A DNA stretch of 64,000 nucleotides, taken from positions 6,158 to 70,157 of the forward strand of contig CACIJX010000002.1 in assembly GCA_902587085.1 (NCBI GenBank), written 5' to 3'. The notes below the pieces were generated by a model. It had not been told where the DNA came from and ran no database searches. It saw only the letters and a list, made by a program, of their open reading frames with translations. Source of the stretch: an uncultured Pelagibacteraceae bacterium (lineage in GTDB: Bacteria > Pseudomonadota > Alphaproteobacteria > Pelagibacterales > Pelagibacteraceae). The position numbers and the translations under genes were made by a program. Positions 8,764 through 18,444 of the stretch are shown here, one piece after another (within the stretch, counting starts at the first letter, position 1; every line of letters starts with the position of its first letter).

Positions 8764-9798
8764 ATGAGAATATTAATTGTTACGGATGCTTGTCCGGAAC
8801 ATGTTTTAAATGGTGTGACCAGATCTTATTCAAGATTAGAAATTGAATTAAAAAAAATGGGTCACAAAGTTAGCTACATTAAACCTACTCAATTTTTCAC
8901 AGTTCCAATGCCCAAATATAATGAAATCAAATTAGCCATAAATGTATGGAAGGTTGGTAAATTAATTAAAAAAGAAATGATCGAAGCACAAAATAATAAT
9001 GAACAGTTTAGAATACATATTGCTACAGAGGGACCTATAGGACTATCAGCTAGAAGATATTTAGGTAGAAATAAGATAAAATTTACTACAAGTTTTCACA
9101 CTAGATTTGATAAATATCTAAAATTATATCTCCCTATAATACCCGAAAAAATATCCCAAAAATTTTTAAGTAACTTTCACAACAAAGCTGAAAGGGTATT
9201 AGTCACTACAGAGTCGATGAAAAAAGAATTAAGCGATATAGGGGTAATTAATGACAAAATGGTTGTTTGGACAAGAGGGGCAGATCATTTAGGAGAACCA
9301 AAGAAAATGACATTAAATTACAACAAACCAATTTTTGTTTATGTAGGAAGGATCGCATTGGAAAAAAATATTAAAGATTTTTTAGACCTTGATTTACCAG
9401 GTAAAAAAATATTAGTTGGTACAGGCCCCCATTTAAAAAAACTCACAAAAGAGTATCCCGATGCTAAGTTTGTTGGTCAAAAAACGAACGGTGAATTAGC
9501 TTCTTATTTTGCATCAGCTGACGTTTTTGTTTTTCCATCAAAAACGGAAACATTTGGAATTGTATGTATAGAGTCTTTGATGGCAGGAACACCCGTAGCA
9601 GGTTACGCTGATTGCCCAGGTACAATGGATATTTTTAAATTAGCTAATGGAAAATCAATTGGTTGTCTTGATAAAGATTTAAAAAAAGCGGCTTTGACAG
9701 CTTTAAAAGCAGATAGAGACAACTGTAAAGAATTTGCTAAACAATTTACTTGGAAGAGATGTGCAGAGATATTTATCAATAACACTGCAGTAAACTAG
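8764..9798 (+). CDS. agt: GT4-family glycosyltransferase (glycolipid synthase partner of PlcP)
   Basis: 344 aa with a GT-B C-terminal region (..FVFPSKTETFGIVCIESLMAGTPV..). It starts 6 nt downstream of plcP. Confidence 0.65.
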   Translation: MRILIVTDACPEHVLNGVTRSYSRLEIELKKMGHKVSYIKPTQFFTVPMPKYNEIKLAINVWKVGKLIKKEMIEAQNNNEQFRIHIATEGPIGLSARRYLGRNKIKFTTSFHTRFDKYLKLYLPIIPEKISQKFLSNFHNKAERVLVTTESMKKELSDIGVINDKMVVWTRGADHLGEPKKMTLNYNKPIFVYVGRIALEKNIKDFLDLDLPGKKILVGTGPHLKKLTKEYPDAKFVGQKTNGELASYFASADVFVFPSKTETFGIVCIESLMAGTPVAGYADCPGTMDIFKLANGKSIGCLDKDLKKAALTALKADRDNCKEFAKQFTWKRCAEIFINNTAVN

Positions 9799-9845
9799 GA
9801 CATATCTCCCCTTTAAATTAACCTTACTTCAACTATAATTAATTA

Positions 9846-11036
9846 ATGGATTTACTATTTATATTAATAGGCGCAGGTCTTGCTATATTTGTTATATTCG
9901 TATCTTTTAAAAGCATCGGAGCAGGTATAGCCGCAAAATCAGAAATAAATAGACAAAAAGACAAACTAAAATCAGACGAAATTAAAAAAGAAGAAGAAAT
10001 TTCGGAAGAAGAAGAATTAAATGGTAATGAAAAAGGATTATCGAGCAATACTTTTAATCAAATAGATGATGTTTTATTTGAGATTGATAAATTTAAAAAT
10101 ATAAAATTTTTAAACACAGCAGCTACAAAAAAATTTGGGAAAAAACTTCAAGGTAAACATATAGCTACAGTTTTAAGGGTTCCTGAAATTTTGCAAAATA
10201 TTGATGTTGTCTTATCAACAAAGAAAAATAAAAAAATTGATATTGAACTTAATAATCCAACTTTTCAGTTCTTTTCTTCCTACATAATTTTAAATAATCA
10301 AAATTCAGTAGTAATTTTTCTAAAAGATTTAACAGAAATTATTAAGACGCAAAGGCTAAGATCTGACTTTGTTGCAAACGTATCTCATGAATTAAGAACA
10401 CCTCTTCAAAGCATAAAATTAGGCCTAGAAACGATAAATAAAGGACATGCATCAAATGATTTTGAAAGCCAAAAGAAATTTTTACCTATACTTTTTCAAC
10501 AGACGGTTAGAATGGAGAATATTGTTAGAGATCTACTCTCTTTATCTAAAATAGAATTACAAGAGCATATTAGACCTGAAAAAAAGGTAGATATTAAAAA
10601 AATTATATCTTCAGTTATTGAAATGAATAACGAGATACTCAAAAAAAATGAAATACAGGCTGAATTAAAAGCCCCAGATAATGAATATGAGATTTTAGGA
10701 GAACAAGATAGATTAACAGAAGTGTTTTCTAATTTGATCGATAATGCTGCAAAATATAGCAAAAAAGGTAAAAAAATATTTGTTAAAGTTGAAAACAATG
10801 AAGAGTTCGTAATCGTTTCAATCAAAGATCAGGGAATTGGTATTCCAAAAGAATATATACACAGAGTCACTGAAAGATTTTTCAGGGTAAATCCCTCTAA
10901 AAGTAAAGATGTAGGCGGGACAGGACTCGGTCTAGCAATTGTAAAACACATTATAAATCAACACAGAGCTGATATGGATATTAAAAGCGAAGAGGGTGTT
11001 GGTACCGAATTTATCCTTAAATTTCCCGCAATTTAA
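9846..11036 (+). CDS. phoR: phosphate regulon sensor histidine kinase
   Basis: 396 aa with one N-terminal TM, a charged linker, H-box SHELRTPL and G-boxes DNAAKYS and GGTGLGLAIVKHI. It lies directly upstream of pstS. Confidence 0.85.
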   Translation: MDLLFILIGAGLAIFVIFVSFKSIGAGIAAKSEINRQKDKLKSDEIKKEEEISEEEELNGNEKGLSSNTFNQIDDVLFEIDKFKNIKFLNTAATKKFGKKLQGKHIATVLRVPEILQNIDVVLSTKKNKKIDIELNNPTFQFFSSYIILNNQNSVVIFLKDLTEIIKTQRLRSDFVANVSHELRTPLQSIKLGLETINKGHASNDFESQKKFLPILFQQTVRMENIVRDLLSLSKIELQEHIRPEKKVDIKKIISSVIEMNNEILKKNEIQAELKAPDNEYEILGEQDRLTEVFSNLIDNAAKYSKKGKKIFVKVENNEEFVIVSIKDQGIGIPKEYIHRVTERFFRVNPSKSKDVGGTGLGLAIVKHIINQHRADMDIKSEEGVGTEFILKFPAI

Positions 11037-11063
11037 ATACTCACACAACTAAAAAGTTAGTCT

Positions 11064-11092
11064 TGTAACAAAACTTTCATATTCCTGAAACA
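11064..11092 (+). promoter_or_regulatory. candidate Pho box upstream of pstS (TGTAACA-N4-TTTCATA-N4-TGAAACA)
   Basis: Three heptads start at 11064, 11075 and 11086, giving exact 11-bp phasing. They sit about 57 nt upstream of the likely pstS ATG. Confidence 0.5.
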
Positions 11093-11148
11093 ATTTTTAA
11101 ATCCTTTTTTAATAGATTGACCATGTGAACAATAAAAAAGGAAAAAAT

Positions 11149-12174
11149 ATGAAAAAAATAAAAATAATTCTTTTAGCTTTTGCTGCTATGATTTTTACAT
11201 CAACAGCTCAAGCAAGAGATCAAATCAAAATTGTAGGTTCATCTACAGTTTATCCGTACGCAACAGTTGTTGCTGAGAAATTCGGAAAGGGTGGTAAATT
11301 TAAAACTCCAGTTATTGAAAGTACTGGAACTGGTGGTGGAATGAAATTATTCTGCGCTGGTGTAGGAACTGGACATCCAGATATCACAAATGCTTCAAGA
11401 GCTATTAAATCAAAAGAAAAAGCATTGTGTGAAAAAAATGGAGTTAAAGATATCGTCGAAATAGTTGTAGGAAATGACGGGATAACTTTCTCTCATTCAG
11501 TCAAAGCAAAAGACGCTAATTTTACAAAAGAGCAACTTTGGAGAGCTTTAGCTGCTAAAGTAGATATAGACGGTAAATTAGTTGAAAATCCATATAAAAA
11601 ATGGAGCGATATTGACAAAGGTCTACCATCTGAAAAAATTGAAATCTTAATAGCACCGCCAACATCTGGAACTAGAGATGCTTGGAATTCATTAGTCATG
11701 GGTAAAGGATGCACAAAAACAGCAAAATCTCTTTACGAAGCTGATGGAAAAAAAGCTAAAAAAGAATGCGCTAAAATGAGAGAAGATGGTTACGCAGTTG
11801 AAGCAGGTGAAAACGATACACTTATTGTACAAAAACTTGCTGCAAACCCATCAGCTTTTGGTTTTTTTGGTTACAGCTATTTAGTAGCTAACAAAGACAA
11901 AATTAAAGCTGCAGGTATCAATGGAGTTCAACCAAGCTTAGAAGGTATACAGGATTACTCTTACCCAATAGCTAGACCATTGTTTTTCTATGTGAAAAAA
12001 GCACATATTGGAGTTGTTCCGGGCATACAAGAATTCATGAAGGAATTTACTTCTAAAAAATCAATGGGATCTAGAGGATATTTAACAGATATCGGCCTAG
12101 TACCTTTAGCTTCAGACAAATACAAAACAGTAAGAACCGCTGCAACGGATCTTATAACAATTAAAATTAAGTAA
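11149..12174 (+). CDS. pstS: phosphate ABC transporter substrate-binding protein
   Basis: This is a PstS-family periplasmic protein. The ORF track starts at GTG 11125, but ATG 11149 is preceded by AAAAAGGAAAAAAT and gives a signal peptide MKKIKIILLAFAAMIFTSTAQA. Confidence 0.9.
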   Translation: MKKIKIILLAFAAMIFTSTAQARDQIKIVGSSTVYPYATVVAEKFGKGGKFKTPVIESTGTGGGMKLFCAGVGTGHPDITNASRAIKSKEKALCEKNGVKDIVEIVVGNDGITFSHSVKAKDANFTKEQLWRALAAKVDIDGKLVENPYKKWSDIDKGLPSEKIEILIAPPTSGTRDAWNSLVMGKGCTKTAKSLYEADGKKAKKECAKMREDGYAVEAGENDTLIVQKLAANPSAFGFFGYSYLVANKDKIKAAGINGVQPSLEGIQDYSYPIARPLFFYVKKAHIGVVPGIQEFMKEFTSKKSMGSRGYLTDIGLVPLASDKYKTVRTAATDLITIKIK

Positions 12175-12190
12175 TTGTTCCCTCAAAAAA

Positions 12191-12215
12191 GGCCAGGTTT
12201 TCCCTGGCCTTTTTT
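12191..12215 (+). terminator. rho-independent terminator/attenuator between pstS and pstC
   Basis: GGCCAGG (12191..12197) pairs with CCTGGCC (12203..12209) around a 5-nt loop, followed by a T6 run. An A6 run precedes the stem. Confidence 0.7.
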
Positions 12216-12248
12216 ATTTACCCATAAATTCAATTTAAAGTTTTGTTT

Positions 12249-12277
12249 TGTAATAAAATTGTAACAGTTTTGTAATA
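12249..12277 (+). promoter_or_regulatory. candidate Pho box, best copy in the window (TGTAATA-N4-TGTAACA-N4-TGTAATA)
   Basis: The heptads start at 12249, 12260 and 12271. They lie between the pstS terminator and the pstC start. Confidence 0.55.
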
Positions 12278-12290
12278 CCGTCCTTCTGCG

Positions 12291-13694
12291 ATGAATTTAG
12301 CAATTCTTTTACTTATAGTTTTATTTAGTACTTCCTGTTTTTTTTTCGGTAGAAAAAAAATCATAAATATTACAGCAGCAAACAAAATTAGAATGAATGC
12401 TTTGCCTGATTACTATGGCTATTATTTAGCCCTATGGTGTGCAATTCCAGCTGTATTAATTTTAGCATTTTGGACAGTATTTGAACCCACAATAATTAAG
12501 GCTTTTATAATTAACAATATTACCTCAAGTAATTTAAAAGAATTCAATTCTGACGAATTAAACCTAATTTATCAGCAAATAAAGGCGCTTTACTTAGGTA
12601 ATTTTACTGGAACTCTTACAGAGGAAATTAGACGAGGAGCCGAAAATTATAAATCTTTTTTATCTATCGCTGAGGGCTCGAAAATAGTGATCCTCATTAG
12701 TATTGTGATAGTTACTACCCTTTATTCTTATAAGAAATTAATAAATAATAATAAAGCTAGAGAAGATGTTGAAAAAATTTTTAAAGCAGTCCTTTTTACA
12801 TGTTCTTTAGTCGCAATACTTACGACAATTGGTATTATTTTTTCACTTTTATTTGAGAGTATTAAATTTTTTACCACAATTAATATATTTGACTTTTTGT
12901 TTGGAACTTCATGGAGCCCACAAAGAGCATTTGTTAGGGATGCCACTACTATTACTCCAGAAGAATATAATGAACTTAAAGATGCCTTTGGATCTGTACC
13001 CTTATTTGCTGGTACAGCATTTATAGCTTTTATTGCAATGATAGTTGCTGTTCCGATAGGTCTTTTTTCAGGAATATATTTAGCAGAATATGCAAGTAAA
13101 AAAGTTAGAAAATATTCTAAACCAATCATAGAAATATTAGCTGGAATACCAACCGTAGTTTACGGATTCTTTGCTGCATTAACCGTTGGTCCTTTCTTCA
13201 GGGAATTCGGCGAAAGGTTTGGTCTCGAAGTATCTTCTGAAAGTGCTTTAGCGGCTGGTTTAGTAATGGGTGTAATGATAATTCCGTACGTTTCCTCTTT
13301 ATCAGATGATGTAATAAATGCAGTACCTCAATCTTTGAGAGATGGCTCTTACGCAGTTGGTGCAACCAAGTCAGAGACAATAAAAAAAGTAGTTATACCT
13401 GCCGCGTTACCAGGAATTGTAGGTTCGGTTTTACTCGCTGTATCAAGAGCAATTGGTGAGACAATGATCGTAGTTATGGCAGCTGGACTAGCAGCAAGAC
13501 TTACAATCAATCCTTTAGAGTCGACCACAACGATTACCACACAAATAGTTATGATTTTAATTGGAGACCAAGAGTTTGATAGTCCAAAAACACAATCTGC
13601 TTTTGCTTTAGGTTTAACACTATTTTTTGCAACATTAATTCTAAACTACATTGCTCTAAGGTTTGTTAAAAAATATAGGGAAAAATATGAGTAA
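12291..13694 (+). CDS. pstC: phosphate ABC transporter permease (long form)
   Basis: 467 aa, multi-TM, in pstS-C-A-B order. The start codon is uncertain; see the finding on the pstS-pstC junction. Confidence 0.85.
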   Translation: MNLAILLLIVLFSTSCFFFGRKKIINITAANKIRMNALPDYYGYYLALWCAIPAVLILAFWTVFEPTIIKAFIINNITSSNLKEFNSDELNLIYQQIKALYLGNFTGTLTEEIRRGAENYKSFLSIAEGSKIVILISIVIVTTLYSYKKLINNNKAREDVEKIFKAVLFTCSLVAILTTIGIIFSLLFESIKFFTTINIFDFLFGTSWSPQRAFVRDATTITPEEYNELKDAFGSVPLFAGTAFIAFIAMIVAVPIGLFSGIYLAEYASKKVRKYSKPIIEILAGIPTVVYGFFAALTVGPFFREFGERFGLEVSSESALAAGLVMGVMIIPYVSSLSDDVINAVPQSLRDGSYAVGATKSETIKKVVIPAALPGIVGSVLLAVSRAIGETMIVVMAAGLAARLTINPLESTTTITTQIVMILIGDQEFDSPKTQSAFALGLTLFFATLILNYIALRFVKKYREKYE

Positions 13695-14949
13695 AGAAGA
13701 ATTATTAAAAAAAAGATACAGAGCTGAAAAAAGATTTAAATTTTATGGTCTTACCTCTGTAATTTTAGCAATCTTATTTGTTCTCTTCTTAGTAAATGTT
13801 ATTTTCTCAAAAGGAAAAGGTGCATTTTCTAGAACAACAATATCTGTAGAGGTAGATTTCAATACAGAAAAACTTGAACTTAAAAACAACCCAACAAATG
13901 AAGAGATTCAAGACACAGACTTTTATGATTTATCCATTGAAAGCTTGTTAAATGTTTACAAAACAAAAGGGCTTAAAGAAGAAAAGGACTTGATAAGAAT
14001 ATTTAGCCCTGATTATGAAATTGAAATAAAGAATTTCATTATCGAAAATAAAGGATTTTTAAATAAAACAGCTATAATCGAACTCACAGCTTCAGATGAT
14101 ATAGATCAATTAAACAAGGGAAATTATCCAAGGCACTTACCCGAAGAGAGGAGAAGAATCTCTGATTTCCAGCTATTGATTTATGACAAACTTGTTGAGG
14201 ATAATAAAATTCAAAAAGCTTTTAATACATTTTTATTTACAAACGGCGACTCTAGAGATCCAGAATTAGCAGGTGTCGGAGGTTCATTATTAGGTTCGTT
14301 TTTTACAATCATAGTAACTTTGCTTTTATCATTTCCTATTGCGATACTTGCATCTATTTACTTAGAAGAATTTGCACCTAAAAATCGAATAACAGATTTT
14401 ATTGAAATCAATATAAATAATCTTGCAGCAGTCCCATCTATTGTCTTTGGATTACTTGGATTGGGTATTTTACTAGGTACTTTTGATTTCCCTCGTTCAA
14501 CACCGTTAGTTGCAGGTATTACCCTAGCTCTAATGACTTTGCCTAGAATAATTATTCCTTGCAGAGCATCTTTAAAAGCAGTGCCACCATCTATTAGAGA
14601 AGGTGCTTTAGCTGTTGGTGCATCTAAAGTTCAATCAGTTACACACCATGTTGTTCCGCTTGCTATTCCGGGAACACTTTCAGGAACAATAATAGGTTTA
14701 GCCCAAGCTTTAGGTGAAACTGCTCCTTTAATTTTAATTGGAATGGTCGCATTTGTTGTGGACTTGCCTTCTAGTCCCGTTGATCCCTCAGCATCATTAC
14801 CCGTTCAGGTCTATCTTTGGTCAGAACAAGCAGAGAGAGGTTTTGTTGAAAAAACTTCGGCAACAATAATGATTTTGCTTACATTTTTAATTACAATGAA
14901 TGCTTTTGCAGTATATTTAAGACAAAAATTTGAAAGAAGATGGTCATGA
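13687..14949 (+). CDS. pstA: phosphate ABC transporter permease
   Basis: The ORF track starts at TTG 13663. ATG 13687 overlaps the pstC stop (ATGAGTAA). The protein is a long-form PstA with an EAA-like loop region. Confidence 0.85.
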   Translation: MSKEELLKKRYRAEKRFKFYGLTSVILAILFVLFLVNVIFSKGKGAFSRTTISVEVDFNTEKLELKNNPTNEEIQDTDFYDLSIESLLNVYKTKGLKEEKDLIRIFSPDYEIEIKNFIIENKGFLNKTAIIELTASDDIDQLNKGNYPRHLPEERRRISDFQLLIYDKLVEDNKIQKAFNTFLFTNGDSRDPELAGVGGSLLGSFFTIIVTLLLSFPIAILASIYLEEFAPKNRITDFIEININNLAAVPSIVFGLLGLGILLGTFDFPRSTPLVAGITLALMTLPRIIIPCRASLKAVPPSIREGALAVGASKVQSVTHHVVPLAIPGTLSGTIIGLAQALGETAPLILIGMVAFVVDLPSSPVDPSASLPVQVYLWSEQAERGFVEKTSATIMILLTFLITMNAFAVYLRQKFERRWS

Positions 14950-15713
14950 CAAATAATAAAGTTAAAATAAAAACTGAAAAATTAGATGTTTTTTATGGGC
15001 AAAAACAAGCTCTTAAAAATGTTAATTTAGAAATTTTTAATAGAGAAGTTACTGCCTTAATAGGACCTTCGGGTTGTGGTAAATCAACATATATAAGATG
15101 TATAAATAGAATGAACGACGTAATTGAAACATGCAAAATTTCTGGTTCAATAAAAATTGATGGACAAGAAATAAACAATAAACAAATTGATGTAGTAAGA
15201 CTAAGGGAAAGAATAGGTATGGTTTTCCAAAAGCCAAATCCTTTTCCAAAAAGTATTTACGATAATGTAGCTTATGGTCCACAAATTCATGGTTTAGCTG
15301 ATCATAAAGATAAATTGGATCAGATTGTTCAAACAAGTTTAAAAAAATCTGCACTTTGGGAAGAGGTTAAAGATCGTTTAGATGAACCAGGAACTTCTTT
15401 ATCAGGAGGACAACAACAGAGACTTTGCATCGCCCGTGCTATATCTGTTAATCCAGAAGTAATTCTAATGGATGAACCATGTTCTGCATTAGATCCAATT
15501 GCTACAGCAAAAATAGAAGAACTTATGGAGGAGCTTAAAAAAACTTTTACCATAGTAATCGTAACTCACTCTATGGCTCAAGCAGTAAGGGTCTCACAAA
15601 GAACTGGCTTTTTTCATTTAGGCAATTTGATTGAAGTCGATACTACTGATAAGATGTTTAAAAATCCTAATAACAAGATGACACAAGATTATATTACAGG
15701 AAGGTTTGGTTAG
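14940..15713 (+). CDS. pstB: phosphate ABC transporter ATP-binding protein
   Basis: Walker [10 protein letters not shown], signature LSGGQQQR and Walker B ILMDEP. An alternative start at 14946 forms an ATGA overlap with the pstA stop. Confidence 0.9.
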   Translation: MVMTNNKVKIKTEKLDVFYGQKQALKNVNLEIFNREVTALIGPSGCGKSTYIRCINRMNDVIETCKISGSIKIDGQEINNKQIDVVRLRERIGMVFQKPNPFPKSIYDNVAYGPQIHGLADHKDKLDQIVQTSLKKSALWEEVKDRLDEPGTSLSGGQQQRLCIARAISVNPEVILMDEPCSALDPIATAKIEELMEELKKTFTIVIVTHSMAQAVRVSQRTGFFHLGNLIEVDTTDKMFKNPNNKMTQDYITGRFG

Positions 15714-16415
15714 ATGTCTGAAGAAAAAAGAATAGTAAAATCTTACGAAGAAGAGATGCAAAGTTTAAACGATGATCTTGTGAAAATGGGAAGTCTAACC
15801 GAAAGTCAATTGTCAGATACTATTCAAGCAATTGTAAAAATTGATAAAGAGGCGGCGGAAAATATCATAAAAAATGATGCTCAAATAAATGAGCTTCGAG
15901 CAAAAATAGATGACCAAATTTCAACTGTTTTAGTTAAAAGAGCACCCATGGCTATTGATTTGAGAACAACTATATCCTCACTTAAAATATCACACGATTT
16001 AGAAAGGATCGGAGATTTAGCTAAAAGTGTTGCCAAAAAAATTGAACCACTTCCTATAGATCTACCGCAAGAATTAACTGGCAGTTTAAAAAGATTAGGT
16101 GAGCTTGTACAAAAACAGCTCAATAATGTTTTAGATGCTTATATAACAAAATCTAAAGATAAGGCCGTTGACGTATGGAGAAATGATGAACAAGTAGATG
16201 ATTTAACTCATATTGCCATGAATGAGGTAGCAAACTTTTTAGGAAAAAATAAAAAAAATTTAGAATTAGCTACACATTTACTCTTTGTTACTAAAAATAT
16301 CGAGAGAGCTGGCGATCACGTTACAAATATAGCTGAGTCACTTTATTATTTGATTGAGGGTGAATATTTAGAAGGCGCAAGGCCAAAAGGAAAAGAATTT
16401 GTAAAAGATAAATGA
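15714..16415 (+). CDS. phoU: phosphate signalling accessory protein PhoU
   Basis: 233 aa with two PhoU repeats (..DLERIGDLA.. and ..NIERAGDHVTNIAE..). It follows pstB directly. Confidence 0.9.
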   Translation: MSEEKRIVKSYEEEMQSLNDDLVKMGSLTESQLSDTIQAIVKIDKEAAENIIKNDAQINELRAKIDDQISTVLVKRAPMAIDLRTTISSLKISHDLERIGDLAKSVAKKIEPLPIDLPQELTGSLKRLGELVQKQLNNVLDAYITKSKDKAVDVWRNDEQVDDLTHIAMNEVANFLGKNKKNLELATHLLFVTKNIERAGDHVTNIAESLYYLIEGEYLEGARPKGKEFVKDK

Positions 16416-17095
16416 ATGCAAATATTCATATAGTTGAGGACGAACAATCAATAGTAACACTTGTAGAATACAACTTAAGCAAAGAAGGTTTTAAAGTAAA
16501 CTCTTCAACTAATGGAGAAGATGGTTTCAAAGCAATTAAAGATACAAATCCAGATTTAGTTTTGATGGACTGGATGTTGCCTGATTTATCCGGAGTCGAA
16601 ATTTGTAAGCTACTTAAGAAAAATGAAAAATATAAAAATATTCCTATTATAATGCTTACAGCAAAAGGTGAAGAAGAAGATAAAGTCAAAGCACTGAATA
16701 TTGGTGCTGACGATTATATTACAAAACCTTTTAGTTTCCCTGAACTATTAGCAAGAATAAAAGCTTTGCTGAGAAGATCAAAACCATCAGTCGCGCAGGA
16801 TGTAATTACATTCGACAATTTAAAAATAGATAGAATTACAAGAAAAGTTTATAGAGGAAATAAACAAATAGATTTAGGACCAATAGAGTACAAACTTATA
16901 GACTTTTTTATTAAGAACCCAAAAAGAGTTTATTCCAGAGAACAATTGTTAACCAATGTTTGGGGGGATAATATTAACGTTACAAGCAGAACAGTTGATG
17001 TTCACATAAGAAGACTTAGACAAGCGATTAATCTTGAAGGTACAAAAGATTTAATAAGAACTGTAAGGGCAGCCGGTTATTCTTTAGACAATTAG
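16412..17095 (+). CDS. phoB: phosphate regulon response regulator (OmpR family)
   Basis: 227 aa with a receiver domain (DLVLMDWMLPD) and a winged-helix output domain. Its start forms an ATGA overlap with phoU. Confidence 0.9.
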   Translation: MNANIHIVEDEQSIVTLVEYNLSKEGFKVNSSTNGEDGFKAIKDTNPDLVLMDWMLPDLSGVEICKLLKKNEKYKNIPIIMLTAKGEEEDKVKALNIGADDYITKPFSFPELLARIKALLRRSKPSVAQDVITFDNLKIDRITRKVYRGNKQIDLGPIEYKLIDFFIKNPKRVYSREQLLTNVWGDNINVTSRTVDVHIRRLRQAINLEGTKDLIRTVRAAGYSLDN

Positions 17096-17736
17096 TTCTT
17101 TAAATTCCTCAAAATATATATTGCAAGTATAGTACCGATTAACTCAGCAATTATAAAAAACGGTGTATTAAGATAATTTATTCCAGTAAAAGTATTGGTA
17201 AAAGTTCGCGCTATCGCAACCGCAGGATTTGCAAATGAAGTAGATGATGTAAACCAATAACCTGCGGTAATAAAAGTTGCTACTGATGTAGCTACAAGGA
17301 CTTTACCTCCTTTTATTGTTCGAAATATTATAAAAATTAATCCAAAAGTTGCTATTATTTCTGATACAAAAACATTTATTCCAGATCTACTTTTAGAAGA
17401 TAATTCGATTAAGGAATAATCAAAGAAAAAATTTGCTAACATTACACCAGTTAAACAACCTAAAATTTGTGCAGTAAAATAAACTGGTAGAAGTTGGGAT
17501 TTAATCCTTTTTGAGAGGTACATTGCAAGAGTTACAAAAGGATTAAAGTGTGCTCCTGAAATATCAGATATTGATACAATCAAAAAATATAAAGCCGCAC
17601 CGGTTGCAACTGCATTAGCTAACAACATCACAGCAGTATCATTTGTAAGACTCTCTGCCATAATACCCGAGCCTACTATTGCCATCACCAACAAGGCACT
17701 TCCTATAAATTCACCAACAAATATTTTATTCTTCAT
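17092..17736 (-). CDS. MIP-family channel (aquaglyceroporin, probable arsenite/metalloid channel)
   Basis: Two NPx motifs are present (HFNPFVT and FANPAVA). The likely start is ATG 17736 (MKNKIFVGEF), which overlaps the arsC stop by 11 nt. The ORF-track start at 17787 lies inside arsC. Confidence 0.75.
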   Translation of the reverse strand: MKNKIFVGEFIGSALLVMAIVGSGIMAESLTNDTAVMLLANAVATGAALYFLIVSISDISGAHFNPFVTLAMYLSKRIKSQLLPVYFTAQILGCLTGVMLANFFFDYSLIELSSKSRSGINVFVSEIIATFGLIFIIFRTIKGGKVLVATSVATFITAGYWFTSSTSFANPAVAIARTFTNTFTGINYLNTPFFIIAELIGTILAIYILRNLKN

Positions 17737-18160
17737 TTGCGACCCATTCTTTAATCTTATTAGATAATATTTCATAAGTTTCATCAATTACTTTTTCAAT
17801 CTCTGTATCAGAAGTAGCAGATTTAATTTTTTCAACTGGGTCTTCAATATCCCAATGAATTATATCTTTTTTTTCAGGCCAGACCGGACAGACCTCATTA
17901 TGGGCATTGTTACAAACTGTTATAACTTGATGAATTTTTATTTTATTTTTTAAAAACTGGTCAAAATTCTTTGAAGAATAATTTGATATATCGAAATTTT
18001 TTTTTTCTAAATATTTTTTTATATTAGGGTTTATTTTCCCTGTAGGATTGCTACCTGCGCTAAAAGCTTTAAATTTTAAACTATAATTTTTATTGACCAA
18101 AGCTTCTGCAAGAATACTTCTTGCTGAATTGCCCGTGCACACAAACAAAATATTCCTCAT
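17726..18160 (-). CDS. arsC: arsenate reductase, LMW protein-tyrosine-phosphatase family
   Basis: 144 aa with the N-terminal catalytic loop CTGNSARS, plus downstream Cys residues (VCNNAHNEVCP) typical of thioredoxin-coupled ArsC. Confidence 0.8.
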   Translation of the reverse strand: MRNILFVCTGNSARSILAEALVNKNYSLKFKAFSAGSNPTGKINPNIKKYLEKKNFDISNYSSKNFDQFLKNKIKIHQVITVCNNAHNEVCPVWPEKKDIIHWDIEDPVEKIKSATSDTEIEKVIDETYEILSNKIKEWVANEE

Positions 18161-18164
18161 AAAT

Positions 18165-18392
18165 CTATATCGAATACTTTATTATACCCGCAAACATTAT
18201 AGGTATTTGCAATGCAAAGTTTGTAAGTAGCGGTTTATCCTTTGTTATGGTTCCTACAACTGTCCATCCAATAATACCAAGTCCGTGGGGTATCATGCTG
18301 TAAGGATAGTAATCTAAATAGAATGCTAATATTCCAAATAAGGTTAAAAACGTACTTATCCATTTAAGATATTTTATAGTTATTTTATTCAT
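18165..18392 (-). CDS. small membrane protein of unknown function (2-3 TM), probably first gene of the arsC operon
   Basis: 75-aa hydrophobic ORF that ends 4 nt before the arsC start. A good SD (CAGGAG) lies upstream of its ATG. Confidence 0.45.
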   Translation of the reverse strand: MNKITIKYLKWISTFLTLFGILAFYLDYYPYSMIPHGLGIIGWTVVGTITKDKPLLTNFALQIPIMFAGIIKYSI

Positions 18393-18444
18393 ATTTTTTC
18401 TCCTGATTATTATATTAAAGTATTGTTAAGGTTTTATTAAAGGA

